From the NCBI GenBank assembly GCA_963801385.1, contig CAWDEV010000003.1:338687-402686 (forward strand): 64,000 nt of DNA, given 5' to 3'. Source of the stretch: an uncultured Chloroflexia bacterium. Lineage in GTDB: Bacteria; Chloroflexota; Anaerolineae; Anaerolineales; Villigracilaceae. The position numbers were made by a program, and so were the translations under genes. How positions within the stretch are numbered: the stretch's first letter is position 1; each line of letters opens with the position of its first letter. A model generated the notes under the pieces. The model did no database searches and was not told where the DNA came from. It was given only the letters and a program-made list of their open reading frames with translations. Positions 1-9,786 of this stretch are shown in pieces.

Positions 1-510
1 GACAGGCATCCCATCTTGCATCTCAGCATTTGTGCATATAAGGTGCTCTATACCCAATAAGCTTGCTATTGGTTTCGCCAATAAACTCACTGTAGCAGTA
101 ACCAACAGGATGGTGAAACCGTGATGGCGATGATACTCAATTCTCTGTGTAAGTTGTGGCCGGACAATTGGGGGGAACGTTTTGATAAAATCATCCATGA
201 GCAATTGCAGCTCGTGAGAAGGGAGACCAAGGACAGGCGTAAGCAAGAATTTCCCATATACGAAATAATCCACCGTGCCAGCAGCATATTCAACCAAGTA
301 TTGTTGGATCTTCTTCATAAAATCCGGCTTCACAAGCTTCCGGCTCAAAAGAAAATTGCCCCATATCAGATCGCTTTCCCCATCGAGCAGAGTATTGTCA
401 AGGTCAAAAACCGCCAGGGGCTTAAGGTGAGGCTGCACGCTTTTATTCTCCAAATCATCAATTAGTGGTTCAATCATAGTATTCTTGTGCGTTCCATCAT
501 CCTCGTTCAT
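1..510 (-). CDS. HAD-superfamily hydrolase (subfamily IB / SerB-like); 3' end runs off the left window edge
   Basis: Hand translation of the minus strand from ATG at 510-508 gives MNEDDGTHKNTMIEPLIDDLENKSVQPHLKPLAVFDLDNTLLDGESDLIWGNFL... It is stop-free for all 170 codons down to position 1 and carries the DxDxT motif (FDLDNTL). It is absent from the ORF track because no stop lies in the window. Confidence 0.6.
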   Translation of the reverse strand, partial: MNEDDGTHKNTMIEPLIDDLENKSVQPHLKPLAVFDLDNTLLDGESDLIWGNFLLSRKLVKPDFMKKIQQYLVEYAAGTVDYFVYGKFLLTPVLGLPSHELQLLMDDFIKTFPPIVRPQLTQRIEYHRHHGFTILLVTATVSLLAKPIASLLGIEHLICTNAEMQDGMPV

Positions 511-672
511 AGAAACACAATCCTGGATTGGTTAAAAACCCGGATGCTGTGTCGTAGCGCGTAAAACAGAACGCTTGTCCTGATCTACCATTGTCGAGTT
601 AGAAAACAGTCCCCAATAACCAGATTATTTTCGCGGGGACTGTCAGTCAATTTCTCCAAAGCCGATCGCGGT

Positions 673-1482
673 CTAAACCAGTGGTGCCGCTTTCATTGTC
701 TCGGGTATTTGCAGCCCCAACAGCTTGCAAACTGTCGGAGCGATCTGGAGATGCGAAACCACTTCCTGCGTATTTCCCTTGCCGGCAACGCCAGGCAAGA
801 TCATATACAATGGGATCTCTCGCACATCGGGTGTAGTGGCTCCATGGATTTTGTCGGCGTTTATGCCGTGATCGGCAGTAACGAGGATGTTATAACCCAG
901 CTCCATCCACTCCGCAATGAGACTCGCCATCCATATATCCTGCCGGACGGCGCGATTACGGTATTCGCTGGAATTGGCTCCATAAGTCTCGCCAATATAA
1001 TCCATCCCCGACGGGTGGACCAAAAGGTAATCGGGGTGAAATTTTCTCACCAGCATACCTGCAGTGGAGAAGAGATCAATATCCGGATAATCATCCTGGG
1101 TATAAAACCGCCCGTGCTGGATCAGCAGAGAATCGTCATCCACTTCGCAGTCATCAAACCGGTTATATGGGGCACGGTTATATAATTCTGAAAACCAAGA
1201 ATATGCTGCGGCGGCAGTGATTTTTCCTGCCTGCCGCGCAGACTGGAAAACATTGGGCATCGTCGAGCGGCGCACCACGGCATTTGTGATGATCCCGTGC
1301 ACACTTGTTGGTAAACCAGTATGAATGGTCTCGTACATTGGTCGGGAATTGCTGGGCAACTCGCCAATTACTTTATAAAGACTGGCGAGTTTTACTTCCA
1401 CCAAGTGACCCAGGTATCCCATTCCAGCAACTGCGGTGTCGTACCGCAGTCCATCTGAGAGCACAAGGATGACTTTATTCAT
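673..1482 (-). CDS. Alkaline-phosphatase-superfamily enzyme (type I phosphodiesterase/nucleotide pyrophosphatase-like)
   Basis: This is the internal part of ORF 673..1944. The family-typical N-terminus MNKVILVLSDGLRYD starts at ATG 1482, and VTADHG lies near the C-terminus. The upstream 154 codons of the ORF look non-homologous. Confidence 0.7.
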   Translation of the reverse strand: MNKVILVLSDGLRYDTAVAGMGYLGHLVEVKLASLYKVIGELPSNSRPMYETIHTGLPTSVHGIITNAVVRRSTMPNVFQSARQAGKITAAAAYSWFSELYNRAPYNRFDDCEVDDDSLLIQHGRFYTQDDYPDIDLFSTAGMLVRKFHPDYLLVHPSGMDYIGETYGANSSEYRNRAVRQDIWMASLIAEWMELGYNILVTADHGINADKIHGATTPDVREIPLYMILPGVAGKGNTQEVVSHLQIAPTVCKLLGLQIPETMKAAPLV

Positions 1483-1988
1483 ATATGCCTTCTTTCTGGC
1501 TTTGTCCCAATGAAGTAAGCGTTGGTCAAGGCCGATTGATAATCCATATCTACAATTTCCACGCGCAGGGATTCCTGCTGTGGGTGCAATCTGAAAGTCG
1601 TCCCGGTAATCGGGTGTCCATCCCAGGCATGGGCAGCCGTCGGATGGCATGCCACTTGACGTCCTCAGATGGCGTAACCCTGCAATCCGATTGGGATGTT
1701 TGGGTATGGAAACTACCCTTAAACCAATGATCTGTTTGTCCAAACGGTGGAAGAGACTTTGCCATCCTGTTTGTCTGCGACGAGTTCCACTTTTCAAGAG
1801 AGAGCAATCTATAACCCCCGTAAATTCTTGGGGATAAGTAATTTTAGGATTGTTGGATGTATCCAAGAAAATATGAACCCGCCGATTATAACATGCATGT
1901 ATATTATCAAGCCAAAAGATGATTTTCTTGTGAGTGTAATCCAACAGATCGCCTTAGTTCTCGATGGACATGGACCACTCATGGGAAT

Positions 1989-3443
1989 TCAAGCATATTT
2001 TTTCCAAATTTTATTCCAGAGCGTGTCTCGATCCCAACCCGTGTAGATCAATAAGTCTCCCAAGGTGAATCGCTTTCGCATCAATGCGGCGTGCATGAAA
2101 GAAAAGCGAGCTTTCTTCTCATCTACGGGAGGAGTAAGTTGAGACCAATGCGTTGGCGCTTCAACTGCCTGTAATATTTTCAGGATCATTTCGGGAGAAC
2201 GCATTTCCGCTTCGAGATGAGTCCTGACTGAACCCCAATCCTTCAAAATGACTTCAAAATCCTTGCGATGCGCGTGCCACTTCTCCAATTTTTGTCTGTA
2301 ATCTGCCCAACACTCTGTCCCAGCTTTTCCAGTGGGGTCGATCTGTGCAAAGCCTCTCTCGATGCGTTCTTTCATTGAAACGAACTTCGGATAGCAAACA
2401 TTCAAATTAAGCGAGGCCGGGTCAAATTCCGTGAGAAAACCGCGATACATTTCAGCCCCGGCCAATGTGGCCAGCGCCACCTGCGATCCATGCACGGCGA
2501 GAGGCGAGTGTTCGATTTCCGCTTGCAGATCCAACACGTGAGACATGACATGTTCAAAGCCTGACATTGGGGTGGTGGCATGTGAAAGTGACATCGCCAG
2601 TCCGCCCAACGCAATTATCTTGGCCAGCATTGCCGTACTTTCCATGTTGCCCGAGCGGATTCCTTCCGCGTGTTCGAGCAATAATTCATCAAGGGGTCCA
2701 ACAAGGTTCTTTGCCAATTCCGAATATGTTGAGTCCATGTTAAGACTGTAAGCTAGATACCAATCCGGGAAACTGACAAACACTGCCAGCATATCGCCAA
2801 CGCCACCTAAAGTCATTTCCATGGGTGCATCGCGCAGCGTTTCAAGGTCGCATAGAAGTGCATCGGGATAACGGGAATCGAGGGTGCGTTTAACGCCATC
2901 CACAAAAGTCGGAGACATGTTTGAAGTGTAGGCACTAACACTATTGGCCGTTTGATAAACAACGAAAGGAACCTTCTTGCCTGTTTCCTGCTGATAAAGA
3001 AAACAGCCATGCTTGGCAATATCCGTCACAACACCTGACCCGATTGAGAGGACGGCGCAACCCGAACGCAAGCTATTCTGTACCATCTGGATGTGAGGCA
3101 TGTCGGTGTGGACTTGTCCACTTTCGTCCGCCGGCATGGTGCAAACCCAAACCTGCCAGCCATCATTTCGCAATGTTTCGAGTGCCTTGGATTTGAGGTC
3201 GCTCCCATTGCGACGCTTCGGGGTTTCATCCATAACGACGATCAGTATCTTATCCTGTCGAGCGCCCACCAATTTTAGGATTTCCGTCGTTTTGTATAAG
3301 GCGTTCGATTCGAAAATCATGTGTTTGATGGGCATGGTTTCATTTGCGGGGAATCCAGGTAGTTTTTGAATCGCATCCCAGAATTTAACGCCATCCGCAG
3401 GATCGAAAGGCAGTTTATTCATGTTCTCGACCTTTCCCTTCAA
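1989..3443 (-). CDS. Iron-containing alcohol dehydrogenase superfamily, glycerol-1-phosphate-dehydrogenase/AraM-like, with a long C-terminal extension
   Basis: 484-aa ORF with a GSGVVTDIAKH nucleotide-binding loop and His-rich metal-site region (SGFEHVMSHVLD, AVHG). The start may instead be the internal MNKLPFD. Confidence 0.7.
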   Translation of the reverse strand: MKGKVENMNKLPFDPADGVKFWDAIQKLPGFPANETMPIKHMIFESNALYKTTEILKLVGARQDKILIVVMDETPKRRNGSDLKSKALETLRNDGWQVWVCTMPADESGQVHTDMPHIQMVQNSLRSGCAVLSIGSGVVTDIAKHGCFLYQQETGKKVPFVVYQTANSVSAYTSNMSPTFVDGVKRTLDSRYPDALLCDLETLRDAPMEMTLGGVGDMLAVFVSFPDWYLAYSLNMDSTYSELAKNLVGPLDELLLEHAEGIRSGNMESTAMLAKIIALGGLAMSLSHATTPMSGFEHVMSHVLDLQAEIEHSPLAVHGSQVALATLAGAEMYRGFLTEFDPASLNLNVCYPKFVSMKERIERGFAQIDPTGKAGTECWADYRQKLEKWHAHRKDFEVILKDWGSVRTHLEAEMRSPEMILKILQAVEAPTHWSQLTPPVDEKKARFSFMHAALMRKRFTLGDLLIYTGWDRDTLWNKIWKKYA

Positions 3444-3494
3444 ATATTGAAAATAAAGAGCATTCTTGCATATTCATATTGGTTGATACCATGC

Positions 3495-5024
3495 TCATAT
3501 GTTGATCCTTGATGCCTGTTTAAATACAGGGAGAAGGTTGAAATAAGTGGAGCGATAAAGTTGATAATATTCTTCGTACAATACCCTGTTTTTTTCGTCA
3601 GGCTGGCGTGTTTCGACCACATATGTGGCAAGTTCTACGGCTTCACCCAACGTATCAATCAACCCGGACCCAACAAGGGCTAGAATTGCCGCGCCCAACG
3701 CGGTAGTCTCTGACGTGTTTGTAATTGAGATGGGCAGACCGGTCACATCCGCCTTGATTTGTCTCCAAAGAGCACTGCGTGCTCCGCCACCGACAACGCG
3801 GATTTCCTCCAGGGATAGACCCATGTGCAACATTTGATCGGTGATGTCACGTATGGCATAGGCAGAGCCCTCAAGAATGGCTCGGCAAAAATGTTCACGG
3901 CGATGGGCAAGGGTAAAGCCCATAAATGTGCCGCGTGCCAGCGCATTCCAGTTGGGAGCCATGGCTCCCATAAGACAAGGCAACATGATCAGCCCATTAC
4001 TTCCGGGCGGGACAGTCTCAGCAGCGGAGTCAAGCAATTTGTATGCATCCACTCCCTCCTGGGTAGCCCGCTTTACTTCCTGACCAGAGAATTGATCGCG
4101 AAACCAGCGGTAATTTGCCCCTGAAGCAAATCCTGGATTTTCAAGCAACCACAATCCAGGATCGGCATGGCAGTGAGTTTCAACCAGTTTACTATCATCA
4201 AATAATGCTGTTTGGGTCGAAGTGCATACTGGTTCAGCAGTTCCCGCAATATCACAAATTAAACCGGGCCGGTTTACCCCTGCTCCCAGACAGGCGGCGT
4301 GTTCGTCTCCGCTGCCAAGAATTACCTTGGTTTTTGTTAATAATCCGACTCGTTCTGCAATGTCAGGTTTTAACGTTCCAATTACCTGTGTGGCAGAATA
4401 GATGGGCGGGAGTAAACGCATTGGGATCTCAAATGCATCGCACATTTCCTGTGACCAGGTACGGGTTCGCACATCCATGAGCAGGGTTGACGATGCATTC
4501 GAGTAATCCACACCCAGTTCACCAGTCAGTTTAAATGTGACATAACTGCCGGGTAATAGAAAATGGACTACCTTTGCGAATGAGTGGGGTTGGTTATCTA
4601 AAAGCCACCTAATCTTAGGTGCAACATGAGACGGGTCAAGGTTGAGTCCGGTGATCTTAAATACATCTTCCTTTGAGATCCGCCTGCCTGCCATTTCACA
4701 TTGTGAGACAGCGCGGCGGTCCATCCAGATCATGGCAGGAAAGAGAGGCTCCCCTTGCTCATCTATAGCCACAACTCCATCCACTTGCGCACACAAACCC
4801 AGCGCTAATATGTCCTGCGGTGAGATATCTGTTTTCGCCATGAGGGAGCGCAATGCTTGTTCCAAGGCATCCATCCACAGATTTGGGGATTGTTCTGCCC
4901 AGGCAGGTTGTGGGTATTCAATCGGATAGCCGATGGAAGACTCGCAGCAAGTCTGTCCTTTCTCTGAGATCAAGACCGTTTTCAAGCTTTGCGAGCCAAT
5001 GTCACATCCTAAGACATATTTCAT
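3495..5024 (-). CDS. FGGY-family carbohydrate kinase (xylulokinase-like)
   Basis: 509-aa ORF with N-terminal MKYVLGCDIGSQSLKTVL, plus GSGDEHAACLGAG and VVGGGARSALWRQI motifs. Confidence 0.85.
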   Translation of the reverse strand: MKYVLGCDIGSQSLKTVLISEKGQTCCESSIGYPIEYPQPAWAEQSPNLWMDALEQALRSLMAKTDISPQDILALGLCAQVDGVVAIDEQGEPLFPAMIWMDRRAVSQCEMAGRRISKEDVFKITGLNLDPSHVAPKIRWLLDNQPHSFAKVVHFLLPGSYVTFKLTGELGVDYSNASSTLLMDVRTRTWSQEMCDAFEIPMRLLPPIYSATQVIGTLKPDIAERVGLLTKTKVILGSGDEHAACLGAGVNRPGLICDIAGTAEPVCTSTQTALFDDSKLVETHCHADPGLWLLENPGFASGANYRWFRDQFSGQEVKRATQEGVDAYKLLDSAAETVPPGSNGLIMLPCLMGAMAPNWNALARGTFMGFTLAHRREHFCRAILEGSAYAIRDITDQMLHMGLSLEEIRVVGGGARSALWRQIKADVTGLPISITNTSETTALGAAILALVGSGLIDTLGEAVELATYVVETRQPDEKNRVLYEEYYQLYRSTYFNLLPVFKQASRINI

Positions 5025-5568
5025 GAAAATCGTTCCTGATAGGTCATTTTTATCGACCAGAAAGCAATCCTCGAAAAGGGCTTTTGCGTATTAAGGTCCA
5101 CTCCTTGCGGATGATGCTGATAATATCTAGGCAAATAAAATACTAATGCTCTATGTCTCCCACCCTGTGGAAGACATAAAACATGAAACTGGTGTAAGTG
5201 ACTTGCCCCATCCATAGTATGTAACAGTGGTTACAGTAGACTTGGGGTGAGAATGGCTTATGATAACGCCACCAAGTTTGTGGCGCCGGGGAAATACCCT
5301 AATGGTCTGTGCTGTCTTATATGATTGTACCTCTTTCTCCAATGCGCAATCCAGGTTTTTCTTTCCTTGAAGAGAAAAGAATATCTCATGATCAAGATAT
5401 CGTTGCTTCTTTCACCCGCAAACAAAAAAACATATCCGTGTTCCCAGGGATTTTTTTGGGTCCACGAAATAGGAAAATGTTACAATAATAGAAAAAGCCG
5501 CTTTCGTTTAGCATGCTGCCTCCCAACCGGCAGATTTTAACTATTCCATAATGAGGAGAATAAACCAA

Positions 5569-6276
5569 ATGAAGCCCGAATTTATTCTGATGCTTACCTT
5601 CAATGATGAAACCGTCAAGGATGCTTTAGCACTTTTCCGTGAATGCAAGGATGTACCAGTCAGGTATTGGGGCTTTAAAGATGTCGGACTTTCTCCGGAG
5701 GAGATGAACTATCTTGTGCGTGAAATGAAGAATGCTGGGAAGACTACCTTTCTTGAGGTGGTCAGCCTTTCGGAGGCGGAAGGCGTGCGCGGGGCAAAAA
5801 TGGCTGTCGAAGCGGGTTTTGACGTTTTGATGGGAACTGTGCTTTTCGATTCGATCCTGCATTATTTGAAGGGGAAGCCTATTAAATACTATCCTTTCCC
5901 GGGGCATATCTTTGGCCATCCCAGCATTATGGATGGGACAATCGCAGAGGTTGTTGCTCACGCCCGCCTCCTGGAAAGCAAGGGTGTCCCCGGCTTGGAT
6001 TTGTTAAGTTACCGCTACCTTGGCGATGCTCGATTACTTCTGAAGGAGGTGGTTAAAGCCACCAACATACCAATCGTTTCGGCGGGATCCATTGATTCCT
6101 TCCAGAGAATAGCCGAAGTCTGGCAAGCGGGTGCGTGGGGTTTCACCATCGGCAGTGCTTTATTTGAGAAAAAATTTGTCGCGAACGGATCCTTTAAGGA
6201 GAATATTATCGCAGTTTGTGAATGGCTTGAAAAAACTGATGATGCGGGCAGGGAGAAATACCTGATCAATGGGTAA
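5569..6276 (+). CDS. Uncharacterised TIM-barrel protein (phosphate-binding barrel, aldolase/epimerase-like)
   Basis: ORF 5551..6276. I prefer the second ATG (MKPEFILMLT) because GAGGAG lies about 11 nt upstream. IVSAGSIDS...GFTIGSALF resembles the C-terminal phosphate-binding strands of ribulose-phosphate-binding barrels. The family assignment is tentative. Confidence 0.5.
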   Translation: MKPEFILMLTFNDETVKDALALFRECKDVPVRYWGFKDVGLSPEEMNYLVREMKNAGKTTFLEVVSLSEAEGVRGAKMAVEAGFDVLMGTVLFDSILHYLKGKPIKYYPFPGHIFGHPSIMDGTIAEVVAHARLLESKGVPGLDLLSYRYLGDARLLLKEVVKATNIPIVSAGSIDSFQRIAEVWQAGAWGFTIGSALFEKKFVANGSFKENIIAVCEWLEKTDDAGREKYLING

Positions 6277-7039
6277 CATCCGCCAATCAGTCGCCTGGTG
6301 GTGCTTTGTCCCCGATAAGCTCAACCCTGAAGAGTTCGTTCAGATTGTAGCCAAGGTCGGGTATTCAGCCATTGATCTAGTACCTCGCGAATACTTTTCC
6401 CTGGTAACTGATCATGGATTAGCGATCTCATCCATCGAGGCGCATGAATCGATTACCTTGGGACTTAACCGGGAAGATCAGCATGCGCGTATAGAGAAGG
6501 AAATCTACTCTGCCCTTGTTTTGGCTGAAAAATGGGCGATACCTAACCTGATCTGTTTCAGTGGAAATCGTAATGGTCAAGCGGATGAACGCGGAGCTGA
6601 GATTACCGCAACCAGCTTGGCACGTGTGGCTCCAGCAATCGAATCAACAGACAGCACCCTGGTGCTTGAATTGTTAAATAGTAAGATAGATCACCCAAAT
6701 TATCAGGCGGATCACACAGCGTGGGGGATTAAAGTTTGCCAGATGGTCGCCTCCCCTCGAGTTAAGCTGCTTTATGATATTTACCATATGCAGGTTATGG
6801 AAGGCGATATCATTCGTACAATACAAAGCGCTTATCCATTCATTGGTCATTACCACACCGCTGGAAATCCAGGGCGGAATGACTTGGATAATTTTCAAGA
6901 GATCAACTACCCGGCAATCTTACGAGCAATTATCGATACAGGCTATACAGGTTACCTTGCGCACGAATTTATGCCAAAAGGAGACCCGGTTTACGCATTG
7001 CAGAACACCTTTACCGAATGCGCTTTAATCCTGAGATGA
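6269..7039 (+). CDS. Hydroxypyruvate-isomerase-like / xylose-isomerase-like TIM-barrel protein
   Basis: 256 aa with LVLELLNSKIDHPNYQ, YDIYHMQVMEGD and IGHYHTAGNPGRNDLD, typical of the Hyi/OtnI family. It overlaps the upstream gene by 8 nt. Confidence 0.8.
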   Translation: MGNIRQSVAWWCFVPDKLNPEEFVQIVAKVGYSAIDLVPREYFSLVTDHGLAISSIEAHESITLGLNREDQHARIEKEIYSALVLAEKWAIPNLICFSGNRNGQADERGAEITATSLARVAPAIESTDSTLVLELLNSKIDHPNYQADHTAWGIKVCQMVASPRVKLLYDIYHMQVMEGDIIRTIQSAYPFIGHYHTAGNPGRNDLDNFQEINYPAILRAIIDTGYTGYLAHEFMPKGDPVYALQNTFTECALILR

Positions 7040-7167
7040 TGTCCGATGTATTAATAACAGCTGTACAGGTTGGGAAAGATGGACCACCTATGTTTCTCCC
7101 TTACACAGAGAAGGCCAGGGAGAGGCAATAGGTTTGAACATCAGAAATTACAACTTTTTCTGATTGC

Positions 7168-7422
7168 ATGCGTAAACCTCCTGTGGAGGCACAAATGACT
7201 GACCCACATGAAAAACATGTCCCCTGGATCCTCTGGCCATTCTGGGCCGTCTGGAAACTGGTGCTTTGGATCGTCGGCGCAACCGGCCGGTTGGTGGCGG
7301 TCATCCTCGGCCTGGTCTTCCTGATCGTCGGCGTGGTGTTGACGGTCACCATCGTCGGGGCGATCGTTGGCATCCCGTTCACCATCTTTGGGCTGTTGCT
7401 GATGTTCCGCGGACTGTTCTAA
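7168..7422 (+). CDS. Small two-TM membrane protein
   Basis: 84-aa ORF with two clear hydrophobic helices (WILWPFWAVWKLVLWIVGA, LGLVFLIVGVVLTVTIVGAIVGIPFTIFGLLLMF). Confidence 0.5.
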   Translation: MRKPPVEAQMTDPHEKHVPWILWPFWAVWKLVLWIVGATGRLVAVILGLVFLIVGVVLTVTIVGAIVGIPFTIFGLLLMFRGLF

Positions 7423-7430
7423 AACCGCCC

Positions 7431-7895
7431 TCAGCCCTTCTTTTTGAAAATATCCAGCCACTCCTCCACCTCATCCGGGGCGAGAGCGGCTTCATTTTTT
7501 AATTGGTCTGAACCCATTGCCTTGGTCCCGGACATTTCCCGGGCGAATTCTTCAGAAGACAGTACACCAGCATGAACAGCACGCGCGGCTTGCTGGACGC
7601 GCCTATCTGAACTGACCACCGTCCAGTTCCTGGCTGATTTACCCAGGCGGGTGAGCCGGATCTCGATGGCTGCATCCGCACTTGATCCCTGACGAACAAA
7701 GTGCGCAGTTACTGCACCTGCCTTACGAGTGGCTGCCTGTCCCGGCGGCGCACCGTCGAAATACACTTCCACCTGGGCACGGCGCAGTCGGCAGAATTCC
7801 TGCAAGCGGGAGACGAGTTCAAGCTCATCGTCCATGGCATCGAGCCGCAGGCCCAGCTTGGGGATCAAGTTATGACCATCAATAAGGTAAGGCAT
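7431..7895 (-). CDS. NYN-domain (YacP/Rae1-like) predicted RNase
   Basis: 154 aa with N-terminal MPYLIDGHNLIP and a later VVSSDRRVQ, typical of YacP-like NYN proteins. Confidence 0.7.
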   Translation of the reverse strand: MPYLIDGHNLIPKLGLRLDAMDDELELVSRLQEFCRLRRAQVEVYFDGAPPGQAATRKAGAVTAHFVRQGSSADAAIEIRLTRLGKSARNWTVVSSDRRVQQAARAVHAGVLSSEEFAREMSGTKAMGSDQLKNEAALAPDEVEEWLDIFKKKG

Positions 7896-8004
7896 AAAAT
7901 TCGATCTAATTATAAAATGCAGCGTCCCGCAGATTATGCCGCTTGGTCGGGCTGGTTTACCCGAACGAGCGGCAGGCTCAGGACAGGCCTGCGGGACGTT
8001 TTGC

Positions 8005-8859
8005 CTATTTAGCTGTGACGAAGACCACGCCCACCAACCCTGAGCCGGAGTGGATGGATAGCCCCGGATTCATCGCGACATACATGCAATCCGCTGGACA
8101 GGGCATGGCGGCCCGGAGCTGTTTCTCGAACAGCCCGGCTGCATCCAAAGCATTGACGTGGATGATGGCCATGCGCTCGACCTTTCCCCCGGCACTGGCT
8201 TCGACGGCGGCCTCGATGGCACGAGCCCAGGATTTGGACTGGGTGCGAACGCGTTCGAACATCTGCAGCCTGCCATCCATGACAGATAGAATCGGTTTGA
8301 CATCCATTAACCCAGCCAAGCCGGCTGCCAGATGACCGACGCGGCCACTCATCGCCAGGTATTTCAGGGTCGCAAGCGAGGCAAAGGTATGAGCCCTTTG
8401 CCCGGTGCTTTCGGCAGCCGCGAGGGCTTCTTCTTCAGATGCTCCCGCAGCGACAGCCTCGGATGCGGCAATGGCCATGAATCCTTGTTCCAGGCCCACT
8501 TTGCGAGTGTCAATTACGCGAATATCCTTGCCAGGAAGCATTTCGACAGCATTCCGGGCAGAAACATAGGTGGCGCTGACCTCACTGCTGACATTGAAGC
8601 ATAACACCGATCTTGCCCCGGCCTCAAAGGCGGAGTTGAAAGCCTCGACGAATTGACCGGGAGAAGGCGCAGCAGTTGTGGGGAACTTTCCTGTTTTATC
8701 GATGCGGTCAAACACGGCTGGATTGTCAATGTCATAGGCATCGCGATAGGAATCGTCCCCGAACTGGACCGTGATGGGGATTTGAACGATGTTGAATTTC
8801 CTTGCCAGGTCAAGTGGCAGGCTGGAATCGGTATCAGTGATAATGGCGATAGGGGGCAT
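8005..8859 (-). CDS. DegV-family fatty-acid-binding protein
   Basis: The ORF 8005..9225 is trimmed to ATG 8859 (MPPIAIITDTDSSLP...), the typical DegV N-terminus. The upstream part of the ORF reads through a REP palindrome and the csoR promoter region. Confidence 0.85.
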   Translation of the reverse strand: MPPIAIITDTDSSLPLDLARKFNIVQIPITVQFGDDSYRDAYDIDNPAVFDRIDKTGKFPTTAAPSPGQFVEAFNSAFEAGARSVLCFNVSSEVSATYVSARNAVEMLPGKDIRVIDTRKVGLEQGFMAIAASEAVAAGASEEEALAAAESTGQRAHTFASLATLKYLAMSGRVGHLAAGLAGLMDVKPILSVMDGRLQMFERVRTQSKSWARAIEAAVEASAGGKVERMAIIHVNALDAAGLFEKQLRAAMPCPADCMYVAMNPGLSIHSGSGLVGVVFVTAK

Positions 8860-8929
8860 GTCTTCCCTTTCATGGAATATTTTGATTGTTATAACACAGG
8901 GATGTATTCCTGGATATGGCAACTCAGGC

Positions 8930-8954
8930 TTCCGAAGTCTCCAAGACTTCGGAA
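8930..8954. repeat. REP-type palindrome TTCCGAAGTCT-CC-AAGACTTCGGAA
   Basis: An 11-bp arm palindrome of the same core (CCGAAGTCT..AGACTTCGG) as the arrays flanking the RAYT gene at 53.5-54.3 kb. Confidence 0.6.
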
Positions 8955-9019
8955 ATCTGAGCTGGTCGGGGACGCTTTTATCTTGACAATCCAGACTAAA
9001 CCAGTGTAGAATGATGCCC

Positions 9020-9044
9020 ATACCCCCCCCAGGGGGATGGGGTA
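9020..9044. promoter_or_regulatory. Candidate CsoR operator (ATACCCCCCCCAGGGGGATGGGGTA)
   Basis: A G/C-tract pseudo-palindrome of the TACCC..GGGGTA type 17 nt upstream of the csoR ATG. From memory it resembles known CsoR operators. Confidence 0.5.
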
Positions 9045-9060
9045 GGAGAGAGGCGTCACG

Positions 9061-9330
9061 ATGCAGAATGAAGAGACATTGAAAAGACTGAAAATCATCG
9101 CAGGTCACATGGGTGGTGTCATCCACATGGTGGAGGAAGGCGCTTACTGCATCGATATCATCCGCCAGATCCAGGCAGTCCAAGCAGCCTTGAACAAGGT
9201 CAGCGCCGGCATCCTGGAAGACCACTTGAATTCCTGCGTGACCACAGCCATCCGCGGGGAGAACCCGGCGGAACGTGAGCGCGTGATGCGAGAAATCACG
9301 GATGTTTTTGTAACTGCCACGAAGGTATAG
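9061..9330 (+). CDS. csoR: CsoR/RcnR-family copper-sensing repressor
   Basis: 89 aa with the LKRLKIIAGHMGGVIHMVEEGAYCIDIIRQI core and the C...H...C ligand pattern (YC, HLNSC). Confidence 0.85.
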   Translation: MQNEETLKRLKIIAGHMGGVIHMVEEGAYCIDIIRQIQAVQAALNKVSAGILEDHLNSCVTTAIRGENPAERERVMREITDVFVTATKV

Positions 9331-9424
9331 TGAGAAGGGATTAGAGAATAGCGAATAGAAAGAAATCCCGACTCATCTCTTTTCTCCATTCTCTATTATT
9401 CTTTATTCATAAAGGAGTAAAACC

Positions 9425-9631
9425 ATGAAGACTGTAACATATTCCGTCCCCAATATTAACTGCATGCATTGTGTGCATACCATCCAGACCGAAATAGCAG
9501 ACGTGCAGGGTGTCAAGTCGGTCAAGGCAGATGCAGCCAGCAAAATGGTCGAGATCGTCTTCGATGATCCGGCGAATGAGGCACAGCTCAAAGCGTTGTT
9601 GACGGAAATCAATTATCCTGTTGCGGCGTAA
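9425..9631 (+). CDS. copZ: Heavy-metal-associated (HMA) copper chaperone
   Basis: 68 aa with a ferredoxin-like HMA domain and CxxC as NCMHC. Confidence 0.85.
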   Translation: MKTVTYSVPNINCMHCVHTIQTEIADVQGVKSVKADAASKMVEIVFDDPANEAQLKALLTEINYPVAA

Positions 9632-9669
9632 GAAGTGCCAAGTGTTCCAGTGTCATATGTCACGTAAAT

Positions 9670-9726
9670 GGAGTCCGAAGTCTGATTCCCTTACGGGGAT
9701 GCTTCGCGATGACTCCGGAGTCTGGA
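9670..9726. repeat. Degenerate REP-related segment (GGAGTCCGAAGTCTG ... GACTCCGGAGTCTGG)
   Basis: It shares the GAGTCCGAAGTCT half-site with the RAYT-flanking REPs and lies between copZ and copA. Confidence 0.45.
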
Positions 9727-9786
9727 TCGATTGAAGTACGACGTGACAGAGACACATGATTTTATCGTTATAAATAAGGCCATTTT

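Noticed and set aside
1483-1944. In-frame stop-free 154-codon extension upstream of the AlkP-family gene
   Set aside because: No similarity to anything I recognise, and the family N-terminus (MNKVILVLSDG) is internal. It may be a gene remnant, but I cannot support a call.
5025-5550. Possible riboswitch or leader in the 525-bp divergent region between the FGGY kinase and the TIM-barrel gene
   Set aside because: I could not recognise any conserved riboswitch core by eye. It is probably just two divergent promoters, and Rfam scanning would be needed to say more.
8860-9225. N-terminal 122-codon extension of the degV ORF
   Set aside because: It reads through the REP hairpin, the CsoR operator and the start of csoR on the opposite strand. 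DegV homology begins at MPPIAIITDTD (8859).
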